Positions 7,451 through 16,300 of a stretch of DNA of 55,066 bases are shown piece by piece. Source of the DNA: a virus (taxonomy: Duplodnaviria > Caudoviricetes); the IMG/VR virus record IMGVR_UViG_3300046170_000069, positions 1-55,066 of that record. One strand, written 5' to 3'. The notes below the pieces were generated by a model. It was given only the letters and a program-made list of their open reading frames with translations, ran no database searches and was not told where the DNA came from. Within the stretch, counting starts at the first letter, position 1, and every line of letters starts with the position of its first letter. The translations under genes were made by a program, and so were the position numbers.

Positions 7451-9253
7451 ATGAAAGTAACAATATTCAAAAACGTTTACGAGAAGGAGGATCCTCATCA
7501 CATACATATAAGCACAGCACTTAAGCGTGTTCAGGACGGTAAGTCATTAGACATTATCAATGAGGTTCGCAGCGGTGATAAAAAGAAGAAGCTGTCTCTT
7601 CCTGTAGTGTTGTTTAGTGGTGAGTTCTCTAGAAGATCTGATGACGCTCTGTTTGAACACAGTGGATTCATTGTTCTAGACTTTGACCACGTAGAAGTAG
7701 ACACAGTAAAGACAGCATTAAGTACTGACAACTACGTGTATGCCTGTTGGGTTTCTCCATCAGGTGACGGCATCAAAGCTTTAGTTAACATCACTAATCC
7801 TGAGAGACACAGAGATCACTTCCGTGCTTTACGTACTTACTTCCATAAGCAGTATGGTCTTGAGCTAGATGAGTCAGGCATCAACGAGTCTCGTGCTTGC
7901 TTCGAATCATACGATCCTGACATCGTAATCAAAGATGAGTACCAGAAGTTTGGTGCTTTCTCAAGTGAGTTTGCTGAAGCGCAGACTACAACAAACGAAG
8001 CTTACGAGTACACAGACTACATGAAGCTAAACCTAGCTGCACGTATGATCCGTAACGCAGACGACGGTGAGAAGCATCACATGTTAATCAAAGCATCAAA
8101 GCTTTGCGGTGGGTACATTGCAGCTGGACGTATGGAAGAAGACGAGGTTGTTAGAGTTTTATTCCGTGAGATATGCAAGCGTGATATTGACTCAGAAGAA
8201 TCAGCTAAGACTTCTATCCGTGACGGTATCGAGAAGGGAAAGGTTATGCCTATCCGTGAGGTTATCGAGAACGAGAAGGCGGCACAACGAGAAATACTAA
8301 TCAATGACGGTGATATGTCTTTTATCTCTTCTGATGACGAAGACTTCAGATGGATTGACGACTATGCCAACGGAGATATACAGGTAGGTTTAGATACTGG
8401 TGACCTAAATCTTGACGATTACTTTAGATACAAGAAAGAGTTCTTGATTATCAACGGACATAGTAACGTAGGTAAGACTACTACTGCTCTTTACCTGATC
8501 GTAAACGCAGCTATTAGGCACGACTGGAAGTGGGTGATATACTCATCAGAGAATAGAACTGCTTCCGTAAAGAAGAGCCTAATGGAGTTTGCTGTCAATA
8601 ACAAGGTTGGCAATATGACGTATGCTCAAAGAAAGAAAGCATACAAGTGGGTAGAGGATCACTTCACTGTGATCAGCAACAACCAAGTATACAGCTATGC
8701 TGACCTGCTCATCTTTATGGAAAAGATTATGAAGCAGAAACCTATTGATGCTGTCTTCATTGATCCTTACAACAGTCTAAGACTAGATATGGGCGGAAGT
8801 AACATCAGTACGCACGACTACCACTACGAAGCTGCTAGTGAGTTCCTTACTTTCAGTAATGCTAACAACGTTGCGGTGTGGTTAAACATGCATGCTGTTA
8901 CAGAAGCTCAACGTCGTAAAGGTCCTGATGGATTACCGATTGCACCTTATGCTGAGGACACAGAGGGTGGCGGAAAGTTCGTAAACAGAGCGGATTGCTT
9001 CCTTACTATTCATCGAAAGGTTCAATCACCAGACCCTAACGTCCGTAAGATGAGTGAGTTACACGTTCGTAAGGTTCGTGAGACTGAGACGGGTGGTATG
9101 CCAACGCCTCTTGACGACCCTTATCGACTGATTATGGGGATCGATCACACAGGGTTTACTTCATGGATCACTTCAAGATCACTGTTCGAACCTGTTGATA
9201 TTAAGGGAGATAAGGCTATGACAATGAATATTAATTTTTTACTTGACAAATAA
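7451..9253 (+). CDS. Primase-helicase (VirE-N/BT4734-like AEP primase + DnaB-like SF4 helicase)
   Basis: N-terminal HSGFIVLDFD and SPSGDGIK; Walker A GHSNVGKT; Walker B FIDP; KVRE. Confidence 0.85.
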   Translation: MKVTIFKNVYEKEDPHHIHISTALKRVQDGKSLDIINEVRSGDKKKKLSLPVVLFSGEFSRRSDDALFEHSGFIVLDFDHVEVDTVKTALSTDNYVYACWVSPSGDGIKALVNITNPERHRDHFRALRTYFHKQYGLELDESGINESRACFESYDPDIVIKDEYQKFGAFSSEFAEAQTTTNEAYEYTDYMKLNLAARMIRNADDGEKHHMLIKASKLCGGYIAAGRMEEDEVVRVLFREICKRDIDSEESAKTSIRDGIEKGKVMPIREVIENEKAAQREILINDGDMSFISSDDEDFRWIDDYANGDIQVGLDTGDLNLDDYFRYKKEFLIINGHSNVGKTTTALYLIVNAAIRHDWKWVIYSSENRTASVKKSLMEFAVNNKVGNMTYAQRKKAYKWVEDHFTVISNNQVYSYADLLIFMEKIMKQKPIDAVFIDPYNSLRLDMGGSNISTHDYHYEAASEFLTFSNANNVAVWLNMHAVTEAQRRKGPDGLPIAPYAEDTEGGGKFVNRADCFLTIHRKVQSPDPNVRKMSELHVRKVRETETGGMPTPLDDPYRLIMGIDHTGFTSWITSRSLFEPVDIKGDKAMTMNINFLLDK

Positions 9254-9277
9254 AAATTCCTGTAGTAACTTCGTTAT

Positions 9278-9730
9278 ATGAAGCGAAATAAGAGGAAGAG
9301 TCCTAGCAAAAGCAAAAAAAAATTAGGTAGGTATGCTAGTTCTATTGAAAAGTATTGTGCTGACCAGTTAAAAGAATCTGGGTTAGCTTTCGATTACGAG
9401 GAAACTACATTCGAACTGACTCCTAAGTTTATATTTCCACACAAGTACTTTAAGATGACAGCTAAAGGTAAAGACATGAAAGATAGAACAGGTTCTATGG
9501 TCTTGCCTATTACATACACTCCTGATTTTATGGGTAAGAAACACAATTGGATCATAGAAACCAAAGGTTATTTACCCTCTCATCACGACTTTCCAATGCG
9601 ATGGAAACTTTTTTTAAGACATTTACTTGGATTAGAAGAAGATTATATTGTATTTTTAGCAAAGAACAGAGGTCAGGTTGACCACTGCATCAAAGAAATA
9701 CAACAGTCTATCAAAGATGGAGAGATCTAA
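9278..9730 (+). CDS. Holliday junction resolvase (T7 endonuclease I-like)
   Basis: SSIE...FDYE, YTPDF and IETKG motifs. Confidence 0.8.
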   Translation: MKRNKRKSPSKSKKKLGRYASSIEKYCADQLKESGLAFDYEETTFELTPKFIFPHKYFKMTAKGKDMKDRTGSMVLPITYTPDFMGKKHNWIIETKGYLPSHHDFPMRWKLFLRHLLGLEEDYIVFLAKNRGQVDHCIKEIQQSIKDGEI

Positions 9731-9944
9731 TTTATCTTTTTACTACCATTTAGCGTGTGACAGAGCGCATACTATGCTTGATGAGCTGTACGAATCTCTG
9801 CATGACTCAGATGGAAACCCAATAATAGATCAAGAAATAGTTGACGCTTCAATCGAAGCTGTCTCTGACGTTATTCGAGAGGAACTAAACATCATTAAGT
9901 CTGCATTAGATGAGCACATTGAAAGTAAGGGAAAAGAAGCTTAA
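9717..9944 (+). CDS. Acidic hypothetical protein
   Basis: ORF track 9678-9944; likely start MERSN. Confidence 0.65.
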   Translation: MERSNLSFYYHLACDRAHTMLDELYESLHDSDGNPIIDQEIVDASIEAVSDVIREELNIIKSALDEHIESKGKEA

Positions 9945-10488
9945 GGATTCTTGGTTCAACGGTCAAGTCTCTGAAGAGAGATGGTTACGCATTCATCCTG
10001 ATGCAATAAAGACAGACTATAAAACTGACAGGTACCGACACGTAGACTTCTGGCATGGACCAGACGAAACGTTAGGCGTAGATGTCAAAGGTAAGAAACT
10101 ACCTGAAGCTATTGCACTGGAATTCAAGAACGTAGCTGGAGAGGACGGATGGATGTGTGGGAGTGCTACTTGGATTGCAGTAGAGATTGAATCCCTTACT
10201 GGGTTCTTTAGATTCGACAGAGAAGAAGCTTTAGAGTGGTGTAAATCTAATGTAGATAACGAATATGTAAGCAGCTACAAGAAGGCATACAAGAAACTAT
10301 ACACTAGATCTAAGTGGGGTAAGAAAGATATTATTACTAGCGTAACAATACACGACCTTCAAGAGCTATCATCTTTGGTATACATTCCTTGGTCTGAGGA
10401 GGATATGGTAGAGGCAGGAGGCGCTAAGACCTCAGTAAAATATAAGCATCCAGTTACTGGAGAGTTTATGTTTTATGAACTATCTTAG
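9910..10488 (+). CDS. Putative PD-(D/E)xK nuclease-like protein
   Basis: HVDFW...VDVKG...LEFKNV.G.DGW pattern. Confidence 0.6.
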   Translation: MSTLKVREKKLKDSWFNGQVSEERWLRIHPDAIKTDYKTDRYRHVDFWHGPDETLGVDVKGKKLPEAIALEFKNVAGEDGWMCGSATWIAVEIESLTGFFRFDREEALEWCKSNVDNEYVSSYKKAYKKLYTRSKWGKKDIITSVTIHDLQELSSLVYIPWSEEDMVEAGGAKTSVKYKHPVTGEFMFYELS

Positions 10489-10523
10489 CAACCCTTTTTT
10501 TTACAACGTATTAATTTTTAAAC

Positions 10524-12413
10524 ATGACAACACCTAAGGATATTCCTTGGGGCGAGGTCGGCTACGCTACTTATAAGCGTACCTATGCTCGTCCACTAAA
10601 GGGTCGCACAGAAGAGTGGCCTGAAACTATTGAGAGAGTAATCGAAGCGTGCAGTAAGCAGCTTGGATGTGGATTCTCTGACGCTGATAGAGACGACATC
10701 AGAGATATGATGATGGGTCTTAAAGGTACTGTTGCAGGAAGATTCCTGTGGCAACTAGGAACCAAGACAGTAGACAGACTCGGACTACCATCGCTACAGA
10801 ACTGTGCGTTTACGGTAGTAGATGAACCTGTTCGTCCGTTTACATGGGCATTCGAAATGCTTATGCTCGGAAGCGGTGTCGGTTTCAACATTCAAAGAGA
10901 GCACGTATACCAGCTACCTAAGATTAAAAGAAAGGTTAAGGTTGTACGTAGCGACGTAAACGATGCTGACTTTATTGTGCCTGACTCTAGAGAGGGATGG
11001 GTAGAGCTTCTTAAGAGGGTGCTAGAAGCGAGCTTCGTAACTGGTGAAGGGTTCACGTTCGCAACACACCTGATCCGCTCTAAGGGATCTCCTATTAAGG
11101 GGTTCGGTGGTACAGCTAGTGGACCTCAGGATCTAGTATGGGGTATGAATCAAATCAATATTGTTCTCAACTCACGCTCAGGAAAGAGGCTTCGCCCTAT
11201 CGACTGTCTAGATATTATGAACATCATTGGTAAGATTGTAGTTGCTGGTAACGTTAGACGTTCAGCTCAGATCGCACTAGGTGATCACGACGACATCGAA
11301 TACCTACGTGCTAAGCGCTGGGACTTAGGTGGTATCCCTAACTGGAGAGCTATGAGTAACAACTCTGTTATCTGCTCTGATGTAACTGAACTACCTGATG
11401 AGTTCTGGGAAGGGTACAATGGTAACGGCGAGCCTTACGGACTTATCAACCTAGACTCTTCTAGACGTATGGGTAGAACAGGTGAGGTGCAGTACCCTGA
11501 CGCTGACGTTATGGGATTCAACCCATGTGCTGAGCAGTCGCTTGCACCATACGAGACATGCTGTCTTGCTGAAATCTTTCTACCGAATATCGAAAGCTAT
11601 GACGAGCTAAAGAAAGTAGCTACACTTCTATACCGCATCAACAAGCACAGCCTTGCTATCCCTTGTTCGCTTAAGGAGACAGAGGACATCGTTCACAAAA
11701 ACATGCGCATGGGTATTGGTGTTACTGGATACCTTCAGGCTACCGAAGAGCAAAGACAATGGCTTTCAGAATGTTATACTTACCTTAGAGCTTATGATAA
11801 AGAGTACTCAGATATCTGTGGATTTCCCAGATCTATTAAACTTACGACAGTTAAGCCAAGTGGAACGCTGTCTCTTCTTGCTGGTGTTACATCAGGGGCA
11901 CATCCAGCATATGCACAACAATACATTAGACGAATTCGAATGGCAGCAGATAGTGAGCTGGTCGATGTATGCAGAAACAATGGGTATCACGTAGAATACG
12001 TTCGTAACTTCGACGGTACTGAGGATCACTCTACTGTAGTAGTGAGCTTCCCATGTAAGTTCCCTAAAGGAACGACGCTTGCAGATGACATGACAGCTGT
12101 TGATCAGCTAGAAGTAATCAAGAGACTACAAGCTGAGTGGTCAGACAATTCTGTCTCTGTAACTATCTATTACAGAAAGGAAGAACTAGACTCTATTAAA
12201 CAATGGCTTGAAGAGAACTACGTTAACGTAAAGAGTGTCAGCTTCTTACTGCATAACGATCACGGTTTTGATCAGGCCCCACTAGAGGCTATCGATAAGA
12301 AAACATACAACAAGATGTCTAAGGAGGTTACTCCCATCACATCACTGCAGTCACTGAATATGGATGACATCGAGATTCAAGACTGTGCTGGAGGTGCATG
12401 TCCTGTACGATGA
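10524..12413 (+). CDS. nrdJ: Class II (adenosylcobalamin-dependent) ribonucleotide reductase
   Basis: YKRTY, NCAF, GNVRRSA, catalytic NPCAE, TTVKPSGT and C-terminal CAGGACPVR; no beta-subunit gene nearby. Confidence 0.92.
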   Translation: MTTPKDIPWGEVGYATYKRTYARPLKGRTEEWPETIERVIEACSKQLGCGFSDADRDDIRDMMMGLKGTVAGRFLWQLGTKTVDRLGLPSLQNCAFTVVDEPVRPFTWAFEMLMLGSGVGFNIQREHVYQLPKIKRKVKVVRSDVNDADFIVPDSREGWVELLKRVLEASFVTGEGFTFATHLIRSKGSPIKGFGGTASGPQDLVWGMNQINIVLNSRSGKRLRPIDCLDIMNIIGKIVVAGNVRRSAQIALGDHDDIEYLRAKRWDLGGIPNWRAMSNNSVICSDVTELPDEFWEGYNGNGEPYGLINLDSSRRMGRTGEVQYPDADVMGFNPCAEQSLAPYETCCLAEIFLPNIESYDELKKVATLLYRINKHSLAIPCSLKETEDIVHKNMRMGIGVTGYLQATEEQRQWLSECYTYLRAYDKEYSDICGFPRSIKLTTVKPSGTLSLLAGVTSGAHPAYAQQYIRRIRMAADSELVDVCRNNGYHVEYVRNFDGTEDHSTVVVSFPCKFPKGTTLADDMTAVDQLEVIKRLQAEWSDNSVSVTIYYRKEELDSIKQWLEENYVNVKSVSFLLHNDHGFDQAPLEAIDKKTYNKMSKEVTPITSLQSLNMDDIEIQDCAGGACPVR

Positions 12414-12455
12414 AACCAGTTCATGACTGTTGGATAACACAATTATATTATTTAA

Positions 12456-12881
12456 ATGAAATACGTAGTAGACACACCACTAAAAGACAAACTGCTTGAA
12501 CGCAGTAAGAGAGTAGTGGACTTAACATACATCGCTCTGGATATACCAAAAGAAAACACACGTAAAGCTGGCCAAGTTCAAACGAGAGCAGCTATCGGTG
12601 TTGCATTGTTTGAGTATGTTTCTGATGTTGTGGCTGGTAAAGCCTTAGGTAGGGATCGCACAACGGTTCTCCATCATAATCAGAATCACGAGGCAAACCT
12701 TGAGCAATGGAATGGGTACAAGGAGAAGTACGATGTAGCAAAGTCTATAGCCGATCACGAGCTCAGTAACGTAGCGTTAGAGAGGCGTGTACAGATTATA
12801 GACAAGCACATAAAGATGCTGCAGGAAAAGATAGACTCCCTCGAAATTGAGAGAGCCGATCTATTTTCCAAAATGGATTAG
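12456..12881 (+). CDS. DnaA domain IV-like HTH protein with C-terminal coiled coil
   Basis: GKALGRDRTTVLH resembles the DnaA GRDHTTVLH signature. Confidence 0.65.
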   Translation: MKYVVDTPLKDKLLERSKRVVDLTYIALDIPKENTRKAGQVQTRAAIGVALFEYVSDVVAGKALGRDRTTVLHHNQNHEANLEQWNGYKEKYDVAKSIADHELSNVALERRVQIIDKHIKMLQEKIDSLEIERADLFSKMD

Positions 12882-12884
12882 GAG

Positions 12885-12907
12885 AAAGGGGCTTAGGCCC
12901 CTTTTTT
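12885..12907. terminator. Bidirectional intrinsic terminator between the convergent arms
   Basis: AAAGGGGC-TTAG-GCCCCTTTTTT where the + and - arms meet. Confidence 0.8.
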
Positions 12908-13336
12908 ATTCTTCTCTATTGTTCTACCAGCAAAGTATGCACCAAATGCAGTAAGCATAAGTAGCTCTAATAGAGATACATACGAGTCCTTTACATTGAA
13001 TGGTACGTTATCCATACTGTCGATGAACATAGTAATCATAAACATTGCCATAAGACAGATTAAAGTAACAGGACGAATAAGCTTAGCCAGCTTTACATCG
13101 CTACCCATATCAGCCTTCCAACGCTCAGTTACATTCTCTTGGAATCTAACCTCAGCATCAATCTGCTGTTGAGCATCCGCTGAGTCTACCTTAGGGTCCT
13201 TGTCAATTAGATTCTTAACTACACCTAGACCTCCGCTGTCAGGGAGTAAGTCCCCAACAACATCAAGTACCTGTGGTGCTTTGTTTGCTAACCAAGATCC
13301 TAGCTTGGTGTCTTTGATTTTTTTCTTTTCGCTCAT
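12893..13336 (-). CDS. Putative holin (3TM/GTA-holin-like)
   Basis: RWKADM.SD..LAKLIRP followed by two hydrophobic segments, then GAYFAGRTIEK and a basic tail. Confidence 0.75.
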   Translation of the reverse strand: MSEKKKIKDTKLGSWLANKAPQVLDVVGDLLPDSGGLGVVKNLIDKDPKVDSADAQQQIDAEVRFQENVTERWKADMGSDVKLAKLIRPVTLICLMAMFMITMFIDSMDNVPFNVKDSYVSLLELLMLTAFGAYFAGRTIEKNKKGA

Positions 13337-16300
13337 CGCTGTTGATTTTCATAAATTTCTTGTACCATATCTAGAAGCATTATGGTGTGATTCTTATACG
13401 TGCCCTTATCGCCAAACTCTCTAAATGAGTTGTAGTTTGAAGCAACTTTGTTAAGAGCTTTGATTCTGTCTTGATCTAGTAGCCTGTTGTATTCTCCAGA
13501 GTTGACTAACTCCATTGCTTCTTCGTATCTCTCTGCATTAGAGACTCTTAGTAGCTGGTTTATCTGTTCTGTATTCAAGAATATATCCTGCTTCATAAAA
13601 TCTTTATCGTTTAAAAAGCTGTATGTTTTTCCTGTAGATCTCTGTAATCTTCTCAGCGCCCTTGTATCTTTAGAGCTCTTAGATTTTAGATCTGGTATAC
13701 TTAGCTTTCTTTTCTGCGCATACGTAGGTGTAGCCATCATAGAAGAAACATCTTCTAGCTCATTGTATAACCTGTAGATCTCCATAGATACTGGATCTGC
13801 ATCTCCTTGTCTAGCTTTTGTTACGTCGAATAGATTGTAAGCAAAGCGATTAGAACCTTTCGGATTCTGTAGTATAGGCTCTCCCTTCCAGTTCGTTCTT
13901 ACAGGAATATCACCAACGTTAAATGTTTTTTCGTTTAGTATGTAAGACAGCTTAGTTAACTGCTGCTCTGTATAATCCATATCGTCTGTAATCCTGAAGT
14001 CAGGCATATACATTCTGTTCATTCTGCTAATACTAGACAAAGTATTAGGCATAACAGTAGCGCTAATAGATTGGAACATACTACTTAACCATCTGTTACT
14101 TTCTTTCTGGAATTTCTCTTCGTCGTCAGCCCCAAGAACAGAGAGTAATCCGTTCACTCCTTGAAGGAATCCCTGATCCATTATGTTTGCAATAGTACTA
14201 AAAGAACTTACACCGAAAGCATCTCTCATGACAGAGTTCACAGAGAAAGGATCGGCATCATCTTCAGTAACACCAACCTTTGCTTTAGATCCCATAATAG
14301 CTCCGATAATACCTAGCTTATCGTATCTTCTGAATACATCGCCTTCTTGAATCGATGGATCTCCACCAGCCAAATACCTTTGCAGTCCAGTAGCGTTAAT
14401 AGAGTTTGGAGGGAATTCACTGTACATCAAGTTCTTTTCCTCTTCGTCAGTCCAGTCAATAGGACCAGAAATGAGTCCTTGTCTAATAAGCTCAGCAGTT
14501 GCAGTACCAATCATACCACCTATTGTCAACTTGGCTAAATGCTGAGAAGCTTCTCTTGCATTGTTTTTCTTAAGGGCTCCAAATATTCTTCCGATAGCAA
14601 CTGGAGGTGAGAAGAATGTTAATGTTTCTAAAGTAATATTGGCTGGTGTTCTTCTGAAAGGAGCCACATACCTCAAGAGAACTTTTGCAGCTGGACTTTT
14701 ATTTTCAACAACTCTTAATAACTCTTCAAAAGTCTTAGACAGACCAGTCTCTTCTTGGAAAGTAAACTTTCTACCTTCTTTTTCTGCTTGTAGTTTCTGC
14801 TCTTTTGTAGGGAACTTTAGGAAGTTTTTCAATGCATCACCCTCAAGACCCATATTTATACCAGCTTGATAAAGCTCAATACCTTCTTTAAATCTTCTAA
14901 ATGGAGTATCACCTAAACCGAGAAGCCTAAGCATAACTTCTGCAGGAGCTCCAATAGTACCCTGAGCAAACAGCTTAATTCTTTGGCTAAGCTTCATTTT
15001 ACCATCTGGCCCTAGAGGTAGGCCTTCACCTCTCATTGCCGCAACAGTAGATCTAAACGGCATAAACCCTCTATACACACGCCACTCTACATTGTCTTTT
15101 TCTTGCCCAGTTGCAATTGTTTGCAAAGCTTCAGTAAATCCTTGACCAAATCTTTTTAGTCCATGTAGATAAGCATTCATGCTGTATCTTCTCTTGTTGT
15201 CTAGTGGGGAATCTATACCGAATATATTCACAAACTTCTCAATAGGAAGAGCTAGAACATTAACAGGAATATCAACTAAAAGGTTAGCCATGTTAGCAAC
15301 AACGTTTGTTGCTTGAGACAAAGGAGTCAGTAGATTACCAACAATAAGAGTTGACGCTATATCGCTCCACCCTCTTTCCACTACTGTGTTCGTAAAGGTT
15401 GATAGCTCTCGCTCAGCTTTCTTTAGTTCTTTTACTTTATTGTCAAACTCTTGACCTGCTTTGAGATCTCCCTCAACAGCCTTTCTTTGAAGCTGTTCTG
15501 CTTCTTTGCTTAGTTGGAACCAATTGTTGGTTAACTCAAGGAGTTTGTTTTGTTGTTTGTCTGATAGAGTATTTCCTGCTTTCTCCACTAAGCTATTGAT
15601 CATAGAGGTAAAGCCAATAGGTGTTGATGATTTTAGTTCAGCAAAGTGTCTTAAAATTCTACCAGCTGATGTACCGATCTTACCAAGTTCCTCAATAACA
15701 CCTGCAATCTGATCTACATCTCCCTTAGCAATTAATCTATTTATCTTCTCTATACCAGCCAACACGCTTATGTCGTCATTCCTTCTAGAAAAGTTATCCA
15801 AAGCATTATCATTCATGTTAGCTACCAGCTCTTCATTAGACATCTCACTGAGCTTGTCTTTTGTTTCTTGAATGTTTTGCTTTTTAATGTAGTTTTCTGG
15901 GTTGTTTAATATTTCAGCTCTGACACTTTCGAATGAATCCTTTCCTAAATTCATGAAAGACTTACCTAATCTCCTAGCATAGTTAAATGCACTTGCAACA
16001 CCTCGTCTAAGTCTTCCAGCTGAACCGCTTGGTGCTTCTGCAGAATCGTCTGGCACTACATCAGCAGGGGCTTCAGTATCAACATCCTCCTCAGTCTTCG
16101 TAACATCTTCCTCTACCTTCACCTTTTCGTTTACAGGCTTTTTAAGGTAGTCTAGAAGAGCGTTCTCCGCTCCTCTTACATCAGTAGCAGGCTCTGCTTC
16201 AGTTTCTACATCCTCGTCTGTAGTAGGCTCTGGTTTAGCTTCTGCTTCAGTGTCTATCTCCTCGTCAACAGTAACCTCAGCTGTATCTTCAGGCTTAGCA

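Noticed and set aside
5597-11994. Antisense and alternate-frame ORFs within the replication genes
   Set aside because: Fully nested in recognisable genes with no independent evidence.
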